Shown piece after piece: positions 46,735 to 56,094 of a DNA stretch of 64,000 nt. Position numbers and translations under genes: made by a program. The DNA lies in NCBI GenBank assembly GCA_015231305.1, contig JADGBW010000004.1, positions 1,314 to 65,313 of the forward strand. Reading direction: 5' to 3'. The stretch's first letter is position 1; the number at the start of each line of letters is the position of its first letter. The DNA is from Magnetococcales bacterium. Lineage in GTDB: Bacteria; Pseudomonadota; Magnetococcia; Magnetococcales; JADFYX01. The notes beneath the pieces were generated by a model. That model ran no database searches, was not told the DNA's origin, and saw only the letters and a program-made list of their open reading frames with translations.

Positions 46735-49700
46735 ATGAGAGCAAGAGGTCTTAGCTTACAGGTTACAAATTTTATGGCAATTATAATGCGACATACAAAA
46801 AAAAATCCTCATAAATCAGACGCTTTACGAGCAAACCTGCTTGAGACGGCAGTTGAGCCAATTAGCATAGATTCTCGCCATGAACCACTTAGAGTGGTCG
46901 TTGCAAACTATGCAGGTATATTAAAAAATTTAGACCGCTTACTGCGCGAGCTAAACCACCCTTATCGCAACTGGAAACTCATCATGCCTGAGTTGCGAGG
47001 TTTTGTGCTGAAAAATTGCTCACGCTATATAAGCAGTAAAGATGGCCCCGGTTGTTTTTTACTATTTAGTGATTTTTTTCTTGGTGCATTAGTAGAAGTT
47101 AGGGCTGAGGCAGATATACGTACGGTTTTAGAAGGTTTGACAGCCTACCTGGAGAAACAGGCTCAGCTTTTAAAAGGTGAGCAAATAGCGGATTATGCAC
47201 AAGCATTTGAAACTATTATCTTAGCTCTTTCAGCTCTCCCAGATTCTCGGCTGTTACTTCTTTCCCAGACTCACCATCCGTTAAAAAGAACGGTGAGTTT
47301 AATGATAAAAAAGACCAACAAAGCAGGTCTACCATTTCCACTTTCTGCTAAAGTTGTTCAGCAGTTAGCTGTTCGCTCGCTACATGCTACTTATGAATAT
47401 TGGCTGCAACAGTCTGACCCAGAGTGGTACGCAGTTTTAGGAACTGACCCATGTGATCAGATAAGCCATAAGGCTTTAAATAAGGTTAAAGAGGAGCTAG
47501 AACAGCTATCACAAGAGCCAACTACACCTGCTACTTTGGAAAAGCTGACCAAAATGCCATCGTTTTTGGACATTATTCGCCACTATCGTGAAGCAGCCGA
47601 ACTGTTAGGTCAGGGTAACGATGGGGATACGGTCTCAGCAGAGCATCTTATTGAAGGTCGTAAATTAAGGTTTTTATTCCATATTATGGAGATAGATGGT
47701 CTCTCCATGATTCATGAAGAGACTTTAAGAGAGATTAACCGATCATTGGTGCGGTTAATTCGCCTTCAACGTAGCTACAGCGAAATACATGAAGCATTTA
47801 TTACAGCTTTTTCATTTTTAAAGGCCAATGTTGTTATCTATCCTCATACTGCACTACAGTGTATTGAAGTATTAGGCATTGAGGTGTTTCGCCATAATAA
47901 CAACAGGTTGGTGGAGTCATTTTTAGAGCAAACAGTACGTTTTGGTTTTCAGTTTAGCTCTGTCACAGGGGTTGATAACGATTGGCAGCCAATCTGCAAT
48001 CCTGCCCATCTATACAATATACGTATATGGCTTAGCCTGATTACACAAAACCCACCATGGTCTCCAGTGCTATTTTCGGCATTGATAATAAATTTAAAAC
48101 TTACAGGAGCATTGATAAAGGATACTGACCTTTTTCAAAAAGAGATTTCCCACTTATTAAACAGTGGAATTAAACCAGTCTATAATCTTTCTAAACAGTT
48201 TTGTCGCCAGCTTCCAGTCTATTATAACGAAATTGGGGCTGAAGGTGAGCTTCGCACTGTTTCAACAGAGCTAGATGAAATTAGTCGCCGCAAGGACCGT
48301 TTGATACATTTTTTACGTAAACAGTGTCATGTGGAGAGCACTAACCGCATTGTTGACCTCTCTTATAATATTCTTAAATATTGGCAAACTGGTGAAAAAG
48401 AGGTTTTGCAAGGTTTAGTCGCTGATGCAATATTGGCAGATATTGTTCCTAATGGACCCTATTTTGATCATGTACATATAATCATGAAGGCTCTGTTTGA
48501 TGATGAGGAACTTTTAAATGATCCAGTTAATCAACCGCTGTATCTTGTAGAAGAAAAAATAAAAAGCTTTAGCCAACTTCCAGCTAGTGAAGGAAGAAGG
48601 GTTTTATTGATGATTCGTCTCTATCATCAGTTAGAGCTAAAATATAATCTCGGTTTCAGGGGGATTCGCCAGCCACTGCGTCAGGCTGTTGAGGATGGTA
48701 TCCCAGGTATGGATGCCCTGTTAACTATCTTGGAGAGCGGAGCGGAGGGTTATGAGCGTCTAGGAGGACTATTAGATGCTATGGAGAGTTTAAAAGAGAC
48801 CATTTTAAGTGAAGAGGTTTTCCCTGCACGAGAGGAGATATACCAAAAGCGACATATAGCTGTGGATATTCCATCAGTGTATGGTTGTTATCAGGAACGT
48901 AAATTTGATGCTCTCTCTTTGAGTTTTCGTTTAGAAAACTTGGCAAATGTCGATCTTGAAGGGTTGGTGGGACGAATCCCAGAAGATTTTATCACTCGTG
49001 CTGCATTTTTTAAGGTTTTTAAATATCTTAAAATATTCTTAAGGGCACTACATATAGATGGGGTCACATCTCGTAAATTAACCCATATGCAGGATGTTTT
49101 AGAACGGTTTTTAGAGTTAAACCATTTCTCATACCATCAATACCTGGATATCTTTCGCAGTTTTTCCGAAGGTGTGAAAGATATAATATTATCTTATTAC
49201 ACTACCCACCATCGGGATAATCTATCTATCATTGTCCCTATGATCCCTAGAGAAGCCTTGCTAAGTAAATATGCGAGCCTAAAAGATGATAACGATGATG
49301 TTATTTCGGTAGAGAGAATAGGTGAATCATTTCTTCGTGATCTTATAGCCGAGACATTTGGTTTACAGGCGTTTGATCGTTTCATTAGTAGAATTTTGCA
49401 AATTTTAGCCCGTCAGCAAGAGGTGTTGTCTCCGCCGCGTCTTGATCAACTTATGACTTATGATCCGGCAAGGCTGTTTTGCTCTCTCTATAAACCTGAC
49501 CATCGGGTACGTAATTTAATTCATTTGGGTAACAAGGGTTTTAACCTGGTTGAACTAGAAGAAAAAGGGCTTAAAGTACCAGCCGGTGTGGTGTTGACAA
49601 CTGAGTTTTTCCGTTGTCGTCCTGTAATTAGAGAATACCCACCAGCATCGCGAGATTTTATGGCCCGCCTGCGCAAACAGGTTACTTTAATAGAGGATCA

Positions 49701-51003
49701 GACTGGCTTGGTTTTTGGTTCAGAAGATAAGCCTCTGTTGTTATCTGTACGTAGTGGAGCCTTAATTTCTATGCCGGGTATGATGCAGACTATACACAAT
49801 GTGGGGCTTAACGAAAAAATAGTTGAAGGGCTGGTGCGTGAATCTGGCAACGGATTTTTTGCCTGGGATAACTATCGCCGTTTTATACAATCATGGTGTA
49901 TGACCTTTGAGGTAGACAGGGGTATTTTTACCGATCTTATGCACAGTGCTAAACGGCGCTATGGTGTTAAGAAAAAACACGAATTAAGTGAAGGTCAAAT
50001 GGCTGAATTGGCTAAGCAATATAAACAAATTGCCGATGAACACGATCTTTTGATACCTGATGATCCTTGGCAACAACTACTTGGGGCTATTAATCAGGTT
50101 GTGGAATCATGGGAGTCTACAAAAGCAAAAGAGTACCGTAGCATTATGAATATATCAGATTCTTGGGGTACTGCTGTTGTTTTGCAGCGTATGGTTTATG
50201 GAAATATCCATCAACAGGCAGGCTCTGGAGTATTTTTTACCTCCCACCCTCACCGTAAATTAGACAGGGTATTGCTTTGGGGAGACTACACACCAGGCAA
50301 CCAGGGTGAGGATATTGTAGGAGGGTTAGTCTCTACTAACCCTATGTCTTTAGAGCAGTGTGAATATGACGGGCGCGATCCTAAAAATAGCTTGCAACAA
50401 TGTTACCCTAAAATTTACAACAAAATATTGGAAGAGGCCCACCATTTGGTTGATGTTTGCAACTGGAATGCTCAAGAGGTGGAGTTCACTTTTGATGGGC
50501 CAGAAGAGGAAAATCTGTTTTTTCTGCAAAGTAGAGATATGATAACTAGTAAAAACCGCCAAGCTATCTTCCATAGTTTTGTGGATTCTCAAAGATTAAG
50601 AGAGTCACGGTTAATTCAAGGTATTGGCGTTAGTGGTGGTGCGTTGTGTGGTAAAGCTGTTTTTAATTTAGATCAAGTAGAACAGATGCGTTTAAAAGAT
50701 CCTAAAACACATTTAATTTTAATTCGTTACGATACCGTACCAGATGACATAAGAGAGATTTCACTAGCTGATGGACTTTTGACTGCTCGTGGTGGACAAA
50801 CCTCACATGCTGCAATTGTCGCTGCCCGTTTGGAAAAAACTTGCGTAGTTGGCTGTGAAGATTTGGCTATCCACGAGGAGGAGGGGGTATGTAAAATTAA
50901 TGGAAATACAATATATTGTGGAGACAAAATTAGTATAGACGGCAACCGGGGGCTATTATTTAAGGGGTGGCATGAAATTGAAACCAGCCTGCTGCCAGAT
51001 TAG
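46735..51003 (+). CDS. large PPDK-like protein: ~900-aa unknown N-terminal region + PEP/pyruvate-dikinase ATP-grasp domain + phospho-His swivel domain, no PEP/pyruvate TIM-barrel
   Basis: 1422 aa. From about aa 925 it reads LIHLGNKGFNLVELEEKGLKVPAGVVLT, LLSVRSGALISMPGMMQTIHNVGLN, DNYRRFIQ, GTAVVLQRMVYGN, SGVFFTSHP and NQGEDIVGG. These are the hallmark blocks of the PPDK nucleotide-binding domain. Then comes TARGGQTSHAAIVAARLEKTCVVGC (phospho-His, codon 50806-50808) and GDKISIDGNRGLL, and the protein ends. The start is uncertain (ATG at 46735, 46774 or 46786). Confidence 0.8.
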   Translation: MRARGLSLQVTNFMAIIMRHTKKNPHKSDALRANLLETAVEPISIDSRHEPLRVVVANYAGILKNLDRLLRELNHPYRNWKLIMPELRGFVLKNCSRYISSKDGPGCFLLFSDFFLGALVEVRAEADIRTVLEGLTAYLEKQAQLLKGEQIADYAQAFETIILALSALPDSRLLLLSQTHHPLKRTVSLMIKKTNKAGLPFPLSAKVVQQLAVRSLHATYEYWLQQSDPEWYAVLGTDPCDQISHKALNKVKEELEQLSQEPTTPATLEKLTKMPSFLDIIRHYREAAELLGQGNDGDTVSAEHLIEGRKLRFLFHIMEIDGLSMIHEETLREINRSLVRLIRLQRSYSEIHEAFITAFSFLKANVVIYPHTALQCIEVLGIEVFRHNNNRLVESFLEQTVRFGFQFSSVTGVDNDWQPICNPAHLYNIRIWLSLITQNPPWSPVLFSALIINLKLTGALIKDTDLFQKEISHLLNSGIKPVYNLSKQFCRQLPVYYNEIGAEGELRTVSTELDEISRRKDRLIHFLRKQCHVESTNRIVDLSYNILKYWQTGEKEVLQGLVADAILADIVPNGPYFDHVHIIMKALFDDEELLNDPVNQPLYLVEEKIKSFSQLPASEGRRVLLMIRLYHQLELKYNLGFRGIRQPLRQAVEDGIPGMDALLTILESGAEGYERLGGLLDAMESLKETILSEEVFPAREEIYQKRHIAVDIPSVYGCYQERKFDALSLSFRLENLANVDLEGLVGRIPEDFITRAAFFKVFKYLKIFLRALHIDGVTSRKLTHMQDVLERFLELNHFSYHQYLDIFRSFSEGVKDIILSYYTTHHRDNLSIIVPMIPREALLSKYASLKDDNDDVISVERIGESFLRDLIAETFGLQAFDRFISRILQILARQQEVLSPPRLDQLMTYDPARLFCSLYKPDHRVRNLIHLGNKGFNLVELEEKGLKVPAGVVLTTEFFRCRPVIREYPPASRDFMARLRKQVTLIEDQTGLVFGSEDKPLLLSVRSGALISMPGMMQTIHNVGLNEKIVEGLVRESGNGFFAWDNYRRFIQSWCMTFEVDRGIFTDLMHSAKRRYGVKKKHELSEGQMAELAKQYKQIADEHDLLIPDDPWQQLLGAINQVVESWESTKAKEYRSIMNISDSWGTAVVLQRMVYGNIHQQAGSGVFFTSHPHRKLDRVLLWGDYTPGNQGEDIVGGLVSTNPMSLEQCEYDGRDPKNSLQQCYPKIYNKILEEAHHLVDVCNWNAQEVEFTFDGPEEENLFFLQSRDMITSKNRQAIFHSFVDSQRLRESRLIQGIGVSGGALCGKAVFNLDQVEQMRLKDPKTHLILIRYDTVPDDIREISLADGLLTARGGQTSHAAIVAARLEKTCVVGCEDLAIHEEEGVCKINGNTIYCGDKISIDGNRGLLFKGWHEIETSLLPD

Positions 51004-51148
51004 ATGGTAACTTTGGCAAAGTTGATGTTTTTATAGTACAACTGCTAATGGCTATAAGTTGATTATATAAAAACAGTGCTGTATATGTGAAAGTAAGTTT
51101 GCTTATAAGTCTCTTACAAAAACATTGGCTTAGTAAGCAAGCTTAGCC

Positions 51149-52639
51149 CTACATATTATTTAATAAATCCATAATTTTAGGCTCTACACTATATACAAAC
51201 GGAACCATCTTATCTCTAATTTGAAAAAAGATGCTTATCTGGTTTGTTCTACCGCTAAATACTATATGATGGTCTTTTATATCTCCTGCATCTAGCCAAA
51301 CAGAGACATCTTCTGATAAGGGATTATGTGCTACAATAAATGGTGTTTCTGGGGTAACGTTAAGGTTTTTGCGAAAACGGGCGACATCCATTTTAGTATA
51401 TCCAGCAGGATACCCAGGTCGCCGCAGGCGGTTCCATATTAGCTCTTTTACTAAACCGGGATAACGGTAAGTGTTAATCAATAGGTCTTGAGTTACCTTG
51501 GCTTTGGGAGGAGCTGCGTGGCAGACGATAAATTGCTCGGATTTAACAATATATGGCAGGTTGAGATATAGCCTATCAAACTCTTCTTTATATTTTTCCC
51601 CGCGCAGTTTTCTAATTTGCTTTTCCCATAAAATCCCCTGGGGTATTCCAGTTTTACTAACATCTTCTGAAAAACTATCGTGATTACCCCGTAGATAAAA
51701 AATTTGCGATGGAAAACGAATTTTTAGTTTAAAGATAAAATCCATCATTAAGATGGAATTCTCCATTTCCTCCATCTCACCATCAATTTCTGAGTGGACA
51801 GCATCACCCAAAAAGATTAAGTAGATTAATCCCTGTTCTAAAGCATCGAGAAAATGGTTTTCGGTGAGAATTTTTACAAGGTTACCTACCTGACTATGGA
51901 GATCACCAATAATAAGTGGGGCTAGTCCATCTGGAGGTAGCACCAATCCCCCTGGTCTGCCGCGGTCATCCAGTGGTCGGCTTGCATCTTTATCTAGAAT
52001 ATCATTAATTTCTTGTATGGTCTTTAAAGCTTCTTGATTTGGTAGAATCTTAATAGGACCACCATATATCTCTTTAAGTTTTGCTAGTCGAGACATTCTT
52101 TGGGAGACAATTTTTTCTTCTTCAAGGTTATCACCCAATGGGGTTAGATATGTTCCTCTATCTTCGGTTAAATCTTTAAAAATTAGTGAATCACCACCAT
52201 GGGCGATTGTTAAATGTTTTTTTGCCACATTTTTAGGGAAATGAAAATATGTTTGCTGTAGCTCATCTCCGCAGCCTAGAACAATTGAATCACCTGGTTC
52301 TAAACGAAAAAAACCACTTGGTTGTTTGAAGTAGTTTTCAGGGTCAATAACTATAAGTGTTTGCGTTTTAATTTCTAAAGAAGAGTCTAAAAGAAATTCT
52401 GGGCATATCCATAACTCTTTCCCCTTTCTTTGTTTGCCTAATACACAACTAAAAGCCCCATTGCTGTATGGGACACGAATTTCATCACCCAGAAGAAACA
52501 CCTCTTGGTTAAGGTCAACATCATCATATGTTTTAGGTCTGATAAAAGTTGCTTTTAATCTATCAAAAAAACTAAGCGAGGAAGTATTTGCGATGTTTGG
52601 CATAATGAAGTCCACAGTGAAGAAAATGTTACTAATCAA
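51149..52639 (-). CDS. FHA-like domain + calcineurin-like metallophosphoesterase (PPP-type phosphatase) protein
   Basis: 496 aa. The central and C-terminal region carries the metallophosphatase motifs LIIGDLHS (GDxH), IFLGDAVHS (GDxxH-like), YLRGNHDS (GNHD/E) and VCHAAPP. The N-terminal segment reads IVLGCGDE...VAKKHLTIAHGGDSLIFKDLTEDRGTYL, which is FHA-like. The start is uncertain (TTG at 52639 or ATG at 52603). Confidence 0.7.
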   Translation of the reverse strand: MISNIFFTVDFIMPNIANTSSLSFFDRLKATFIRPKTYDDVDLNQEVFLLGDEIRVPYSNGAFSCVLGKQRKGKELWICPEFLLDSSLEIKTQTLIVIDPENYFKQPSGFFRLEPGDSIVLGCGDELQQTYFHFPKNVAKKHLTIAHGGDSLIFKDLTEDRGTYLTPLGDNLEEEKIVSQRMSRLAKLKEIYGGPIKILPNQEALKTIQEINDILDKDASRPLDDRGRPGGLVLPPDGLAPLIIGDLHSQVGNLVKILTENHFLDALEQGLIYLIFLGDAVHSEIDGEMEEMENSILMMDFIFKLKIRFPSQIFYLRGNHDSFSEDVSKTGIPQGILWEKQIRKLRGEKYKEEFDRLYLNLPYIVKSEQFIVCHAAPPKAKVTQDLLINTYRYPGLVKELIWNRLRRPGYPAGYTKMDVARFRKNLNVTPETPFIVAHNPLSEDVSVWLDAGDIKDHHIVFSGRTNQISIFFQIRDKMVPFVYSVEPKIMDLLNNM

Positions 52640-53041
52640 GCTAACTACGTTAACATGCGTTTATGGTTCTGGCAACATATTTATACACCATGAAATTTAA
52701 CGTTTTCTTAACAAATCTGCATACTGCTAGAATATAATAATTTGTGGTTAATATAGTAAAATATATGTTTATAAAAATGCAATATATAGTAGGTGTAGAG
52801 GTAATATTTGGATATGTTTTATATATATGAGAATATGTACTAGCAAAAATAATTGAAGCAAAAAGTTAACAGCTATAATTATATAGTTTTATAAAAATGT
52901 TTTTATATTTTTTTATATATGTGAGAATTTATGGGTATAATACAAAAACTTAGCATTGCTGTTTTTATGGAAATGAAGTTTTGCCTTATAATATGTGCTG
53001 TTTATAAATGTAATGCTATAAACGGTTTATAAGTATTTTGT

Positions 53042-53377
53042 TTATGGAAGAAATTGAGTGAGAGTCACATTATTATTAAAAATTGAAAGGGCAATTCCAT
53101 GGGTCTTATTATGAGCAGCACTGTATTGGAACTCATAATTTTCATATTCAATCGATAAAATTTCTTCTGCAATAATATCATTTATACTAGCAGTTTCAGC
53201 CTGTAAAATAATTGATTTAAGGCTTAACTCATTTGTAACTCCAGCATAAGAAACAGCACCATTACCAAGCTGAAATATAGCAGGAATAGTATTTATATTA
53301 CGGGTATATACCCCTTTGTTTTCTTTTTCAGCATCAGCATTATTAAATGCTGGTTGCTTTTTGTTGAGTTTTAGCAT
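53042..53377 (-). CDS. hypothetical small protein (weakly PilZ-like beta-barrel pattern, no RxxxR)
   Basis: 111 aa in the AT-rich islet. AVSYAGVTNELSLKSIILQAE...ILSIEYENYEFQYSAAHNKTHGIALSIFN loosely resembles the DxSxxG half of PilZ domains. Confidence 0.35.
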   Translation of the reverse strand: MLKLNKKQPAFNNADAEKENKGVYTRNINTIPAIFQLGNGAVSYAGVTNELSLKSIILQAETASINDIIAEEILSIEYENYEFQYSAAHNKTHGIALSIFNNNVTLTQFLP

Positions 53378-53748
53378 GCAAAGATATCTCCGCTATATTA
53401 CTACTACCCATTAAATATTTATAAGTGTTATGATTTACAAAGCCAATGTTAACAATTGTTCATTAAGTGTTACTATAAACAATTGTAAATGTAAAATCTA
53501 CATAATTGTTTAAATAAATAAAATTTTTTATTTGTTAAAATTGAGGTAGTAGTACTGTTTAACTGTGAGAAGGTAGTCGACATGTTATAACGCAAGCTAC
53601 TTTATAACGGTGTCTGAGATAGCTTAAAAAAAGGAAATATCTGCGGAAAAGATCTGTATTTGCCTGCAAATGGCCTATTGTTACTATTATTTTCCTACTT
53701 GTTTTAGAATTTATTTAAGAAGAGTGTTATAAGTTGAGGTTTTAGAAA

Positions 53749-54111
53749 CTATTTATCTATGAGAAGGTCTTCTTTTTTTCCGCCATTGTTAAAAAATTGT
53801 TGATAGATATTGGGGCATCTACCACGACCAGACCATTTTACCCCTTTATATTCATATTTTGGCTTAACCTTGGGTGAGCTAGGTTTTTTAGTTGAAGGAA
53901 AAGTGCCTTCAAAAAAATCGGATAAATTCAGGCCTAAATTATTGGCCTTTCTATTTAGCCTAAGCTTATAGTCTTGTTTATATTGAGTTTGACGCTGCTT
54001 TATTAAAACTTCTAATTTCTTCTTAATAGCAATAAGAGTATCAAGCTCTAGAGCTTCCAGCTCTTCGTGATTTACGTTGCCAATTTTAGTTTTTAGATGT
54101 TGCATAGCCAC
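53749..54111 (-). CDS. H-NS family nucleoid-associated DNA-binding protein
   Basis: 120 aa. It has an N-terminal coiled coil (LEALELDTLIAIKKKLEVLIKQRQ) and a Lys-rich linker. The C-terminal KYEYKGVKWSGRGRCPNIY matches the H-NS DNA-binding loop motif (TWSGRGRxP). Confidence 0.7.
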   Translation of the reverse strand: MAMQHLKTKIGNVNHEELEALELDTLIAIKKKLEVLIKQRQTQYKQDYKLRLNRKANNLGLNLSDFFEGTFPSTKKPSSPKVKPKYEYKGVKWSGRGRCPNIYQQFFNNGGKKEDLLIDK

Positions 54112-54337
54112 CTGCCATTTTAACCATTAAAGTTAAACCGCCAACTAGAATTGCTAAACCAATAATAGGAGCAAAAGAGGTCGATATTAAACCAGCAGTA
54201 GCTGCTCCTTTTGTTACTGCAGATGCTTTTGCAGTTGAGACTGCCATACTGTTACTATAAGCAACCTGAACAGCTCCAGGCCCAGTAATTTGCATTACTT
54301 CATTAGCCGCCAATACTGTGGATATAGTTTGCTTCAT
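54086..54337 (-). CDS. hypothetical Ala/Gly-rich small membrane protein
   Basis: 83 aa. It has a C-terminal TM helix (FAPIIGLAILVGGLTLMV). Its 3' end overlaps the H-NS-like gene start by 26 nt. Coding status is uncertain. Confidence 0.35.
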   Translation of the reverse strand: MKQTISTVLAANEVMQITGPGAVQVAYSNSMAVSTAKASAVTKGAATAGLISTSFAPIIGLAILVGGLTLMVKMAGGYATSKN

Positions 54338-54381
54338 AATGTTAGTATCAACCTTAACTTTAATATATTAAACAATATTGG

Positions 54382-54630
54382 TTAATGAATTGTCTGTTTG
54401 TTTATTAAATGGAAATAGATAAGTTCGTAGTCAAACTTTACAAGTATGCAAGGTAGCCTAGACTTCCCCTTAGCATCAAAAATTGAGACAAAATACTGCT
54501 TGCCATTAACAAGTTCACTTGAGTTGAAATATTTATCAAATGAAACAAACAGGCTGGTACTAGATAGTTTTTCAACTTTCCCAACCAAAGGTTTTCCTTT
54601 TTCAACCTCAATAACAGCTTGGGGATCCAT
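54382..54630 (-). CDS. hypothetical small protein (weakly PilZ-like)
   Basis: 82 aa. GKVEKLSSTSLFVSF...YFVSIFDAKGKSRLPCILVKF loosely resembles a PilZ beta-barrel without the RxxxR motif. Confidence 0.35.
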   Translation of the reverse strand: MDPQAVIEVEKGKPLVGKVEKLSSTSLFVSFDKYFNSSELVNGKQYFVSIFDAKGKSRLPCILVKFDYELIYFHLINKQTIH

Positions 54631-54772
54631 AACGCCTTACCTCAACAATGTAAATAGTTCAAGGCTGTTAATACTCTAATAACATCTTCAATACACTAAA
54701 GCATGGTTTTGATACTAATAGAAAAACTTGGCGTGCGCAATAAAAAAATGAACACTTATTAATAAATAATTC

Positions 54773-54786
54773 TTTTTTTTTTTTTT
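54773..54786. repeat. T14 homopolymer tract
   Basis: Fourteen consecutive T on the + strand (A14 on the - strand). It lies about 145 nt upstream of the 54630 start, in an AT-rich intergenic region. Confidence 0.95.
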
Positions 54787-55003
54787 AACTATTTAGAGTG
54801 TTTTGTTGGCAATAATATTGATGTCAGAGGATCACTGAGAAGATTTTGAATAAGAGAAAATTAGGTAGTAACACATAAAAATGTGTATAAATATTGGCAG
54901 TATAAATATATGTACATAAAAATATTGCTAAAAATAGGATTGTCTACATATAAAGTTAGTGATGACAATAAAAAGTGCTAATAAGTTTTTAAGCAAAATC
55001 TCT

Positions 55004-56089
55004 TTACAAATCTCCAAGCTGTGCTAATTGATCGGCTTGGTTTTGAGTTGTAAGTGCGGATATCATTTCTGTAAGATCACCTTGGATAATGGCATCTAGC
55101 TTGTGCAAGGTTAGGTTTATTCTATGATCAGTCATACGGTTTTGTGGAAAATTATAGGTGCGGATGCGCTCAGAGCGGTCACCTGATCCTACTTGTCCTT
55201 TGCGTTCTTGGGACCGTTCATCGTCTAAAGCTTGCTGTTCTTGGTCGTATAGACGAGCTTTTAGTACCTTTAAGGCTTGGGCTTTGTTTTTTAACTGCGA
55301 TTTTTCATCTTGGCAGATAACTACTAAACCAGTTGGAATATGCGTAATTCTAATTGCTGAATCAGTAGTGTTAACAGATTGTCCACCTGGACCTGATGCT
55401 CTAAAGACATCTATGCGAAGGTCCTCTTTTTCGTTTATTTTAATATCAACTTCGTCAGCTTCAGGAAGTATTGCTACAGTGCAAGCTGAGGTGTGAATTC
55501 GACCTCCGGCTTCTGTTGTTGGTACTCTTTGTACCCTATGTGTGCCAGACTCAAACTTTAAAGCTGCAAATGCTCCTTTACCAGTTAACATTGCTACCAC
55601 CTCTTTAAAACCCCCAAGAGCAGTTGGGCTGCTGGATAATATCTCAATTTTCCAGTTGTGGTTCTCTGCATAACGGGTGTACATGCGAAATAGGTCGCCA
55701 GCAAAAAGACCTGCTTCATCACCACCTGTGCCTGCTCTTATCTCTAATATAACATTTTTATTTTCGTTGGGATCTTTAGGCAAAAGCATAATTTGTAGAT
55801 GCCGCCATTTTTCGGCAACTTGATCTTTTAAATACTCCAGCTCATCTTTTGCCATCTGGCGCATCTCTTGGTCAGACTCAGACTCTGCCAACATGGCTTC
55901 TGCTTCTGCCTTTTGAGTTTCAATGTTTTGAAAATCGTTAAAAGCTTCAACTACTGGGTCCAAATCAGAATACTCTTTTGAGTAGCGTGTGAACTGCTCA
56001 GAATCTGCCATGGTTTCTGGTTGACCTAAAAGAGCACTTAGTTCTGCATGACGGCGTTGAAGAGTTTTTAATTTATCTAAAAAAGACAT
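55004..56089 (-). CDS. prfA: peptide chain release factor 1
   Basis: 361 aa. It has the GGQ motif ([19 protein letters not shown]) and an RF1-type tripeptide region ([14 protein letters not shown]). It sits immediately downstream of hemA, as in many proteobacteria. Confidence 0.97.
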   Translation of the reverse strand: MSFLDKLKTLQRRHAELSALLGQPETMADSEQFTRYSKEYSDLDPVVEAFNDFQNIETQKAEAEAMLAESESDQEMRQMAKDELEYLKDQVAEKWRHLQIMLLPKDPNENKNVILEIRAGTGGDEAGLFAGDLFRMYTRYAENHNWKIEILSSSPTALGGFKEVVAMLTGKGAFAALKFESGTHRVQRVPTTEAGGRIHTSACTVAILPEADEVDIKINEKEDLRIDVFRASGPGGQSVNTTDSAIRITHIPTGLVVICQDEKSQLKNKAQALKVLKARLYDQEQQALDDERSQERKGQVGSGDRSERIRTYNFPQNRMTDHRINLTLHKLDAIIQGDLTEMISALTTQNQADQLAQLGDL

Positions 56090-56094
56090 GGTTG

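Noticed and set aside
51004-51148. A possible terminator between the convergent dikinase-like and phosphatase genes.
   Set aside because: Only short direct repeats (gcttag) and a HindIII-type palindrome are present. I could not draw a convincing stem-loop with a U-run.
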